This document shows positions 7,099 to 14,832 of a DNA stretch of 15,749 bases, piece by piece. The stretch lies in NCBI GenBank assembly GCA_048939465.1, contig JBHLPL010000041.1, positions 1 through 15,749 of the forward strand. Direction: 5' to 3'. Below the pieces are notes generated by a model. It saw only the letters and a program-made list of their open reading frames with translations, had not been told where the DNA came from and made no database searches. Numbering within the stretch: the stretch's first letter is position 1; each line of letters starts with the position of its first letter. Made by a program: the position numbers and the translations under genes. The stretch is from Promethearchaeota archaeon (lineage in GTDB: Archaea; Asgardarchaeota; Odinarchaeia; Odinarchaeales; JBHLKK01).

Positions 7099-8760
7099 CT
7101 ATTTTTCCAGTAACTCTAGGTTTAGTTCGAACGCAGAAACAGGTATTTTTAGTCCAAAGTTCTCAAGAATCATAGGGTGTATTTCTCCCATAATTCCGGC
7201 GTAGTGTCTTTCAACGAGCATCTCTACCACTCTTCCCGATATAAACGAAGGATGTTCTACTTCCCTAAAGGAGAATTCTGCATCAAGATTTCTCAGCACA
7301 GTCTCGACTATTGCTTTGATTTCTGTAAAGCCAGAGTTCGAATGTGCAGATAAAGCTGCCAATCGCCTTTCATTCCTTGCATTAGTGTCAGCTTTCCTAT
7401 CCAGAAGTATTACGTCTCCGCATTCGAATATCAGCTGAGGGTAGGCAGCATGTCTGTTTGATCGAAGAGTCTTCATCAGCTCTGGAATGATCCATTTCCT
7501 TGCAATGTTTACTTCTATGGCTTTCGCTCCCTCTAATTCTACAAACTCACAATCATCAACATTCATTAGTTTGGCCTGATCTCTATCATTAGAAAGAATA
7601 AGGGTCACTACTTCGTGAAAGCCTAAGCCAATCATTATTTCCCTAGCCTTGTCTGACAGTCTTTCCAGCCCTAATGTTTCCCCAATGGTGCTGATATTAG
7701 GCGCAACCGGTTCAATCCTATCAAAGGTATAGGCACGGATGACATCGTCAATAATATCGAGTGGGTGCAGCACATCTGTTCTGGTTGGCGAAACCATGAC
7801 CTGCAATGTCTTATCATTAATCTCAACGTCATAGTTCATCCTCTTCAGCAATTCGGCAATTCTCTTGCCAGAAAGCTTGAGACCGGTTACTTCGTTACAA
7901 TAATCTACATCAAGTTTCTTCTGCTTCGGCGTAAGATCGGGAAGGATTAAATCAGAATCAGGATACCGCACTTTGACTTGTTCTATCGTACCTCCTCGAT
8001 CTGCCAGTGCTGTCACAATTATATTCAGAGTCTCCTTCAAAGCACCGAGGTGAGATCCGGTCATATCGATGAACAAATCCTGAGTTCCAGCCTCTATGTT
8101 TCCTAAATCATTGCTATTGATTATGCCTGGGATGGAAAGATACTTTCCTGCTGAATCCACAAGAGCAGGAAGTCTATTCTCATTCTCAAACAAAAAAGCA
8201 TATTCTAATCCTTTGGGGTGCGTATGCATTATTTCATCTCCGCTCATTTCTTCAGCAAACCCCAAAGGTGCAAATCGAATCTCAGACGGCAGTTCAGCTC
8301 GATAGTATATCGGTGGTTCAATCAGTTCCATTCTGTAGAAACCTATCGCCACCTTTCTCCTATTTCTCCCATAAGTTGCATGAAATTTCTCTTGTAGGTT
8401 CATGAAATACTTTATTTCATCATCGGTAAGCGTTATGTTTCTTATAACCGCGTTAACGATATACGGACGAATCTTCACAACTTCAGAATCAACGATTATT
8501 TCGATTCTTGGTTTTAGGATTTCGTATTTTGGAAGCCCTACCTCGATACTTAGATAGGCCCTTAAGGCACGGGCGAGTCCTTCCATGCTGATTAGATCTG
8601 TACGATCCGGGGTAATCTCTATCCTGCAAATATCTTCCCCCTTAACGTACTCTTCCAGTTCCATCCCTATCTTGAACAATACATCTTCGAGTTCTTCGAG
8701 CGTCAGAGGTTTTCCTATAAGGCTTTTTAATTCAGATAAGGGAAACTCTACCATTGGCAA
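7099..8760 (-). CDS. pheT: Phenylalanyl-tRNA synthetase beta subunit (archaeal/eukaryotic type)
   Basis: EITPDRTDL.S.EG.ARAL, IRPYIVNAV, LQEKFHATYGRNRRKVAIG, PTRTDVLHPLDIIDD and HPSFISGR. Likely start TTG 8760 after GAGGTGA, which overlaps the pheS stop. Confidence 0.97.
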   Translation of the reverse strand: MPMVEFPLSELKSLIGKPLTLEELEDVLFKIGMELEEYVKGEDICRIEITPDRTDLISMEGLARALRAYLSIEVGLPKYEILKPRIEIIVDSEVVKIRPYIVNAVIRNITLTDDEIKYFMNLQEKFHATYGRNRRKVAIGFYRMELIEPPIYYRAELPSEIRFAPLGFAEEMSGDEIMHTHPKGLEYAFLFENENRLPALVDSAGKYLSIPGIINSNDLGNIEAGTQDLFIDMTGSHLGALKETLNIIVTALADRGGTIEQVKVRYPDSDLILPDLTPKQKKLDVDYCNEVTGLKLSGKRIAELLKRMNYDVEINDKTLQVMVSPTRTDVLHPLDIIDDVIRAYTFDRIEPVAPNISTIGETLGLERLSDKAREIMIGLGFHEVVTLILSNDRDQAKLMNVDDCEFVELEGAKAIEVNIARKWIIPELMKTLRSNRHAAYPQLIFECGDVILLDRKADTNARNERRLAALSAHSNSGFTEIKAIVETVLRNLDAEFSFREVEHPSFISGRVVEMLVERHYAGIMGEIHPMILENFGLKIPVSAFELNLELLEK

Positions 8761-8765
8761 GTTAA

Positions 8766-10286
8766 TCACCTCAAGATTCTTGGATAGACTGGAAACCTTC
8801 GGAGCCAGTCTATATCAACGGTTGGGCCGAGTAGCTGCCTTATGTCGGTAATCTCGTACAGTATCATTGCCAGTCTTTCCAGAGCAAGTCCCCAAGCCAA
8901 AACCTGAACGTCATTAAGATCGAGCGGGGCCAGCGTTTCTGGTCTAAACATGCCGGAATTGCCAATCTCAACCCATCTTTTGAGGCTTGGATGATAGCCA
9001 AAGATTTCAGCGGAGGGCTCTGTATAGGGGTTGTATGTTGGCTTAAAGCGTATCTCTGTAATCCCCATCTTTTCGTAGAATTGTTTTAGTGCTCCGAGGT
9101 GGTTCTTTAGATTAAGCTTCTCTGCAATCACGAAGCCCTCTATTTGATTAAACTCTGGCAAGTGCGTCTTGTCTATCGCCTCGTTTCTGAACACACGATC
9201 TATGCAGAAGAATTTTGCAGGGAGATCGAAATCCGTTGCAAGGTATCTGATTCTTGCAAGATATCGAAAGCTTGTAGCGGTAGTGTGTGTTCTGAAAATG
9301 GCCCTTCTTGCTGCATCTTTGAGCCAGTCATATTTCCAACCGTCGGATCCAGTAATCCACCCATTCTCATGAGTCTGCTTAACCCTCCTGACCAATTGGT
9401 CCTTTGGAAGCTTGGTCTTCCTAGGATTCTTCGGGAAAAGTGTCTCCATCTCATCCCGACTCGGGTGATCCTGAGGCATGAACAACAAATCGAAGTTCCA
9501 AAAACTAGATTCAATCATGGGGCCTTTCATTTCTACAAAACCCAGCTCAGCCCAAACACGTCGAATCTCGTTCTCCAGCATCGTTAGGGGATGACGCTTT
9601 CCAGGGTTTCTCTCGACTACTGGAGCCATAACGTTGTATTTTCTGAGTTTGGCATTTCTCCATTTACCGGAAGCCAAAAGGTCGGGAGTTATTTGCGAAA
9701 TCTCTTGAACATATTCGGTTCTATCTGCCAATTCCTTTCCTTCTTTGCTAATCCTAGCCCATCTAACAGTCTTATATTCTAGCGAGACAAGCTTTCTTTT
9801 TCGGAGTTTCTGCAGTTCTTTCTTTTCTACATCTTCTCCTCGGTTAACCTCCTTGAGAAGGACTTCCTCCGGGCTTTCCTTAGTGAGATACTCTTTACCC
9901 TGCTTGGTTACGCTAAGGAATAACTTACCGCCGATCTTCTCAATATCTATCAGGTTTTTCCTTCTAGACCAGCCGATGGCAATATCCTTGTCTTCAAGAC
10001 TAATTTTCCCGATTTCAACTTTCTTATTGCCAATTTCTGAAATTAGCCTTTTCTCGGGTAATCCCCTTTTTAGAACCTCTCTTGCCTCATCAGTTAGTCT
10101 TGGAATGACTATCCTCTCATCCTTTATTTTCAGCATTCCACTATTACCAAGTCTACTGGTAGCGCGTATCACAGCGATGTGATCCAAATCTAGTGCATGC
10201 GAGATTTCTGAGACAGTACGTCTTTTTCCATCACTAAGCATTTTTAAGACTCTAATTTCATGTTCTTGTAACCGGAGTTCACTCAT
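8766..10286 (-). CDS. pheS: Phenylalanyl-tRNA synthetase alpha subunit (long form with N-terminal winged-helix domains)
   Basis: FWNFDLLFMPQDHPSRD, RTHTTA, motif 2 DRVFRNEAIDKTHLPEFNQIEG, YNPYTEPS and motif 3 AWGLALERL. Confidence 0.98.
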   Translation of the reverse strand: MSELRLQEHEIRVLKMLSDGKRRTVSEISHALDLDHIAVIRATSRLGNSGMLKIKDERIVIPRLTDEAREVLKRGLPEKRLISEIGNKKVEIGKISLEDKDIAIGWSRRKNLIDIEKIGGKLFLSVTKQGKEYLTKESPEEVLLKEVNRGEDVEKKELQKLRKRKLVSLEYKTVRWARISKEGKELADRTEYVQEISQITPDLLASGKWRNAKLRKYNVMAPVVERNPGKRHPLTMLENEIRRVWAELGFVEMKGPMIESSFWNFDLLFMPQDHPSRDEMETLFPKNPRKTKLPKDQLVRRVKQTHENGWITGSDGWKYDWLKDAARRAIFRTHTTATSFRYLARIRYLATDFDLPAKFFCIDRVFRNEAIDKTHLPEFNQIEGFVIAEKLNLKNHLGALKQFYEKMGITEIRFKPTYNPYTEPSAEIFGYHPSLKRWVEIGNSGMFRPETLAPLDLNDVQVLAWGLALERLAMILYEITDIRQLLGPTVDIDWLRRFPVYPRILR

Positions 10287-10395
10287 CGCTTGTACACCAA
10301 ATTTGATACCCTTCTAAGGGACAGGTTAAAATAGTTTATCCCATCGTTTCGACCAATTAAGCATTGTGGTCGTGAATCGTTAATGTTAATGGAAT

Positions 10396-10411
10396 AGAAA
10401 AGCTTAAAAAA
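10396..10411 (+). promoter_or_regulatory. BRE/TATA promoter for tRNA-Phe
   Basis: Purine-rich AGAAAAG followed by CTTAAAAA, about 30 nt upstream of the tRNA 5' end. Confidence 0.6.
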
Positions 10412-10438
10412 GTTAACCAAGCATTTTTCTGCAAGATT

Positions 10439-10529
10439 GCCGTGGTAGCTCAGTTGGGAGAGCGCCGGACTGAAGAGAGACAACCTTACAGAAATCCGGA
10501 AGTCATGGGTTCAAATCCCATCCACGGCA
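10439..10529 (+). tRNA. tRNA-Phe(GAA) with an 18-nt intron at 37/38 (10476-10493); CCA not encoded
   Basis: Acceptor GCCGTGG/CCACGGC, D-arm GCTC-AGTTGGGA-GAGC, anticodon stem CCGGA/TCCGG with loop CTGAAG|A, T-arm ATGGG-TTCAAAT-CCCAT, discriminator A. The spliced length is 73 nt. Confidence 0.96.
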
Positions 10530-10543
10530 TCCCTCATTTCACC

Positions 10544-10548
10544 TTTTT
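10544..10548 (+). terminator. Oligo-T tract downstream of tRNA-Phe (possible archaeal terminator)
   Basis: CCTTTTT starting about 13 nt after the discriminator. Confidence 0.3.
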
Positions 10549-10603
10549 AAGTGTGGAGACTATACCTTTCCTAAACTAGTAAATTGAAGCAGGATGAAGA
10601 GCT

Positions 10604-11212
10604 ATGAGTGATGACCTGCTCATAGAGAAAATAGCCGAGTTCATTGATGTGTTCAATGATATGCTACTTTTGGTCTTAACGAAATTTCCGGACCCCCTAA
10701 TCAATGTTGGATTGTCGGAGGCAAAAGTCCTGGCCACGGAAAACCTACTCAATCTGTTTGACCTGGAACTTGCCTTGATGAAGAAAGCTCTAAAAACCTT
10801 CCAAAGATGGGTGGAAGTAAGAGAGAATGTGGTGAACTGTGCAAAATCATTATTGGGGAATCTATGTGAGTTGACCGAGAAAAAGAGTGATCTGAGGTTA
10901 AGAATAAAGCTGTTTATTTTGCCGTTAATGGAAGACCTACTGAGAGCCATAAGCAGAGACAGAGAACTTCACTCAAAGATTGGGCCCATTCTTCCAACAA
11001 TCAGTAGTAGCATTGAGAGAAGTAAGTCCATGCTGCAAGGCGTATCAGCATACTTCGAGTTTGCCGGATATAATTCGGAAAAATCCAGCTTGGAGATTGA
11101 AGAGTTTTTTAAGGCCATAATGAATCGCCGACTTGACGTGGCCGAGTACCTACTAGGAAACATGAGGAAAAGATTTGAAAAAGCAAAGCAGAGGATTTTA
11201 GGAACCCTTTAG
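10604..11212 (+). CDS. Hypothetical all-alpha-helical protein (202 aa)
   Basis: 609-nt ORF with ATG start that fills the gap between tRNA and aminotransferase. Amphipathic helical pattern; no motif recognised. Confidence 0.7.
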   Translation: MSDDLLIEKIAEFIDVFNDMLLLVLTKFPDPLINVGLSEAKVLATENLLNLFDLELALMKKALKTFQRWVEVRENVVNCAKSLLGNLCELTEKKSDLRLRIKLFILPLMEDLLRAISRDRELHSKIGPILPTISSSIERSKSMLQGVSAYFEFAGYNSEKSSLEIEEFFKAIMNRRLDVAEYLLGNMRKRFEKAKQRILGTL

Positions 11213-11379
11213 GACAACATGGAGCGTTAAGGATAAGAGACTTCATTAGAAGAGGGTTGAAAAGCAAGTTGAATTCTGAAATCAAAAACTACTTGAGAAC
11301 ATGAAACTGCATTTGAACTTCCCCAACCTTTATAATTGCCCGTCTCGGCTCATTTTTCACAGATGTTCATAGGAGGATA

Positions 11380-12597
11380 TTAATTGGTCCCTTCGAGTTT
11401 CTGATTGAAATAGTCACTGATTCTCTTGATTCCTTCTTCGATTCGGTGGTTCGACTCTGAGACAAATGTCATTCTTATATGGTTCTTACCATTTTCGCCG
11501 AACACATTTCCCGGGATAACGATGACGTTCTTCTTTGTTCTCAATTCATCTGCGAATTTCTCTTCGGTTAATCCTATCTTCTTAAGATAATCCTCAACAT
11601 TTACAAGGAAATAGAATGCTCCTTGAGACTTCGTAGTCTCAGATTCAGGTAAGTATTGCTCAAGGTACGTGGCCATCGCTTCAAGCCTATTCCGATAGGT
11701 CGGGATGACTCGTTTAAACAGGTATCGATCTTTTGCGTCAGGATCCCGTAAATAGCTCGTTATTGCTATCTGTGAAAGCGTCCCAGGACAAAGCGCCAGA
11801 AACTGTGCGTACTTCTCCATTGCGTCAATTACCTCTATAGGTCCATAGGAATACCCCACTCTGAGTCCTGGTATAGAGGCTTCCTTTGAGAAACTACATA
11901 TCGTAAGAGTGCGGTCCTCGGCACCAGGCAATGTGCTAACCCAAATATGATCTCCTTCGAAGACTATGTGTTTGTAGACATCATCACAGACTATCCAAAA
12001 ATCATGATCAACGGCAAGATCAACAATTGCCTTTGCAATTTCCCTTTTGATGATTCTTCCAGTCGGATTATCCGGAGAAAGCAGAAGAAAGATCTTAGTG
12101 CGTTTGTTGATTCTCTCTTTCAAGGCTTCTACGTCGGGTTGGAATCCTTCAGAAACATATACAGGCAGAGTCACTGCTTTGGCATTCATTAATTTCACGA
12201 CTTCAGGATATCCAAGATAGGTCGGGTCGGTGATAATTACTTCCTCACCGGGATTGAGAAGAGCCTTGAAGGATGCAAAGATCCCCAGAGTTCCTCCATT
12301 TGTGACTATAACGTTGTCAGGGCTCTCAAGCTTCACTTTTCCATATTTACGCAGATCTGCGACTATGGCCTCGCGTAATTCCAACGTACCCCTCGTCGCC
12401 CCATAAGAAACAGCCATCCACGGTTCGTTGAGAGCCTCCTTAAGTCCTATGGCGAGCTCGTTCGGCGGCGGAAGACTTGGCGCCCCCCCACCGAAGCTTA
12501 TGATGGGTTTTCTGCTCTTTGCCAGAGCCAACCATGCGGCGGTTCGACGAATAGCAGAAGTTTTAATTTCCTTCACCTGATCTCCTAAGCTAGGCAT
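11380..12597 (-). CDS. PLP-dependent class I/II aminotransferase (aspartate/aromatic aminotransferase-like)
   Basis: YGATRGTLELREAI, DPTYLGY, SPDNPTG, DDVY and SFSK (PLP lysine)...GLRVGY. Confidence 0.95.
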   Translation of the reverse strand: MPSLGDQVKEIKTSAIRRTAAWLALAKSRKPIISFGGGAPSLPPPNELAIGLKEALNEPWMAVSYGATRGTLELREAIVADLRKYGKVKLESPDNVIVTNGGTLGIFASFKALLNPGEEVIITDPTYLGYPEVVKLMNAKAVTLPVYVSEGFQPDVEALKERINKRTKIFLLLSPDNPTGRIIKREIAKAIVDLAVDHDFWIVCDDVYKHIVFEGDHIWVSTLPGAEDRTLTICSFSKEASIPGLRVGYSYGPIEVIDAMEKYAQFLALCPGTLSQIAITSYLRDPDAKDRYLFKRVIPTYRNRLEAMATYLEQYLPESETTKSQGAFYFLVNVEDYLKKIGLTEEKFADELRTKKNVIVIPGNVFGENGKNHIRMTFVSESNHRIEEGIKRISDYFNQKLEGTN

Positions 12598-12599
12598 AT

Positions 12600-12614
12600 G
12601 AGGAGTACCTCCTC
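12600..12614 (-). promoter_or_regulatory. SD-sequestering hairpin GAGGAG-GTA-CTCCTC, 2 nt before the aminotransferase ATG
   Basis: The minus strand reads GAGGAGGTACTCCTCATATG. Confidence 0.5.
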
Positions 12615-12706
12615 TTCTGGCAACTCAGAGGATAGGTCAATCTATCAGCTCCGAATTTTCACTGCAGCTATTCATCTTATTCATTTGTTGTATTTATTAA
12701 TTAGGT

Positions 12707-12736
12707 TAGTCATATTTCTGGACAAGAGTATGACTA
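12707..12736. repeat. 8-bp inverted repeat TAGTCATA-N14-TATGACTA in a divergent promoter region
   Basis: Arms at 12707-12714 and 12729-12736, extended by GG/CC after one mismatch. Adjacent to AT-rich TATTTATTAATTA. Confidence 0.55.
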
Positions 12737-12803
12737 CCCCAAAAGAATAAGTAATGTAAGAGAAAAAGGTTGTACGATCTAGAAGAAAAATAGGAGGGTT
12801 AGT

Positions 12804-13598
12804 ATGACGCCGTCCGGGACATATGAACACATAATCCTTGAGAAGAAGAAGGGTGTTGCAAGGCTGATTGTCAACAGACCCGAAGTCTACAATGCCCTGA
12901 ATCCCAGAACGATGCAGGAGATCATAGATGCAATGGAAGAAGTTGAAAGAGATGATGAAATGAGGGTTCTGGTGATCAGGGGTTCAGGAGATAAAGCGTT
13001 CATAGCAGGTGCGGACATAAAGACCTTCCCCAAGTTAACCCCGCTAAAGGCCAGACAGTTCGCAGAGTTCGGACAGAAGATCACTAAACGTATTGAGTCA
13101 CTTAGTAAACCAGTAATAGCAGCTGTGAATGGTTTTGCCCTTGGAGGAGGATGCGAGATTGCACTGGCGTGTGACTTCATCGTAGCCTCGGAAAACGCAA
13201 GATTTGGTCAACCAGAAATCAATTTGGCTATCGTACCTGGCTGGGGGGGCTCACAAAGACTCCCGAGAATAATGGGAAGAAACAAGGCTAAGGAGTGGTG
13301 CTTGCTGGGTGATCAAATCGATGCCAGAGAGGCAGAGAGGTTCGGTCTAATATATAAGGTTGTTCATGCTGAGAAATTGGACGAAACCGTTGACGAGTTG
13401 TGCAGAAAAATAATGGGCAAAAGCCCAATCGCACTACAGTTGGCCAAAGAAGCAATCAATAAGGCACTCGAGGTGGATTTAGACACAGGGCTAGCGTACG
13501 AAAGAGAAGTCTTTGCTACGGCATTTTCCACAGAGGATCATATCGAAGGGGTAGGAGCTTTTCTCGAAAAGAGACAGCCGGAGTTCAAAGGGAAATAG
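12804..13598 (+). CDS. Enoyl-CoA hydratase/crotonase family protein
   Basis: AFIAGADI oxyanion motif. Both catalytic Glu present (GGGCE and QPEINL...PGWGG). SD AGGAGG. Confidence 0.95.
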   Translation: MTPSGTYEHIILEKKKGVARLIVNRPEVYNALNPRTMQEIIDAMEEVERDDEMRVLVIRGSGDKAFIAGADIKTFPKLTPLKARQFAEFGQKITKRIESLSKPVIAAVNGFALGGGCEIALACDFIVASENARFGQPEINLAIVPGWGGSQRLPRIMGRNKAKEWCLLGDQIDAREAERFGLIYKVVHAEKLDETVDELCRKIMGKSPIALQLAKEAINKALEVDLDTGLAYEREVFATAFSTEDHIEGVGAFLEKRQPEFKGK

Positions 13599-13612
13599 GA
13601 GGAGAGGAAAGT

Positions 13613-14821
13613 ATGATTCAAGAGTTTGATGATGAATTATCCAAGGCGGGAATAGATGCGATCATTGTTATTGGAGATTCCACTTTTGGAAATCCTTCCC
13701 TAGCATATGTTGTTGGTGCAAAGGCCACGAGGGGTGGAATATACATTAAGAAGGCTGGGAGGGAGCCATTGCTGATTGTTTCTGATATCGATATTGGGAG
13801 TGCTAAAGAGGGTATCGTCAAAGATATCAGATCCTACACCAGGTTTGGCTATCTAGAACTTGCAAAGGAGCTCGGTAGAAGCAAAGCCAATATGGAAATC
13901 GGAGCCCGGGCTTTGAAGGAATTGGATGTAAAGGGAAAAGTATCTATCGCTGGCAAAGTTGAGGCTGGGATTGCGTTAAGTTGGGCCGAATGGTTAAAGA
14001 GCAAAGGTTTCTCAGTCTCGATCGAGGGAGAATTGATTGACAGAGTGAGAACCACCAAAGATGCAGCTGAAATCAGCAAGATAAGAGATGTTGGAAAGAA
14101 AACAGAGAAAGTCATAGATGCCACCTTGAAAATGCTTCTAGAATGCGAGGTAGACAGGGATAGTAGATTGAAGTCGGAAGGAGGAAGACCTCTCACAGTC
14201 AGGGATGTCAAGTCTTTTATAAACATGAGGCTGGCAGAGCAAAGTCTAATCGCCTCAGAAGATACGATCTTTGCAGTAGGAGCCGAGGGGGCTGATCCTC
14301 ACAATGTGGGGGGTGAGTCGACGACAATAACTGCCGGCACTCCAATAGTCTTCGATATCTTTCCCCAAGAGATTGGGGGATACTGCTTTGATACGACAAG
14401 AACATTCGTCATTGGAAATGCTTCAGAGAAAGTCAGAAAGATCTATGGAGACGTCCTTGAATCTCAGCAGCTAGCCTTAGACATTATTAGGACCGGTATG
14501 CCGGCGAAGGAGGTCATGATCAAGGTTTGTGAATTCTTCAAAGAGAGAGGGCACAGAACGCCAACCGATTACATCAATAAGAATATTCCGATGAGTGAAG
14601 GGTTCATCCACGGACTGGGGCACGGAGTCGGATTAACAATAGGCGAACCACCTTACTTAACGTTAACGTCTGACGAGCCCCTGAGGGAAGGGGCTGTTAC
14701 AACAGTTGAGCCGGGATTGTACTTCCCTGATGAGTTTGGAGTTAGAATAGAGGACGTCGTGGTAGTAAAGGAGGATAAAATAAGGAACTTATCAACATAT
14801 CATAAAGAACTTGAAATATGA
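13613..14821 (+). CDS. Xaa-Pro aminopeptidase/prolidase (M24B)
   Basis: All five metal ligands present: FDIFP, FDTTRT, HGLGHGVG, TVEPG and RIED. SD GGAGGAG upstream, 14 nt after the crotonase stop. Confidence 0.95.
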   Translation: MIQEFDDELSKAGIDAIIVIGDSTFGNPSLAYVVGAKATRGGIYIKKAGREPLLIVSDIDIGSAKEGIVKDIRSYTRFGYLELAKELGRSKANMEIGARALKELDVKGKVSIAGKVEAGIALSWAEWLKSKGFSVSIEGELIDRVRTTKDAAEISKIRDVGKKTEKVIDATLKMLLECEVDRDSRLKSEGGRPLTVRDVKSFINMRLAEQSLIASEDTIFAVGAEGADPHNVGGESTTITAGTPIVFDIFPQEIGGYCFDTTRTFVIGNASEKVRKIYGDVLESQQLALDIIRTGMPAKEVMIKVCEFFKERGHRTPTDYINKNIPMSEGFIHGLGHGVGLTIGEPPYLTLTSDEPLREGAVTTVEPGLYFPDEFGVRIEDVVVVKEDKIRNLSTYHKELEI

Positions 14822-14832
14822 CGAAGACATCA

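Noticed and set aside
11179-11304. Open -1 frame (…LRIRDFIRRGLKSKLNSEIKNYLRT) overlapping the ORFan stop, suggesting a frameshift extension
   Set aside because: No canonical X XXY YYZ slippery site in the right frame, and 41 open codons can arise by chance. Homologue length or read inspection would settle it.
10510-11379. Possible element integrated at tRNA-Phe
   Set aside because: No integrase and no duplicated tRNA 3' end. The only match I noticed is a 9-mer (CATCCACGG) inside the aminotransferase CDS, which is chance level.
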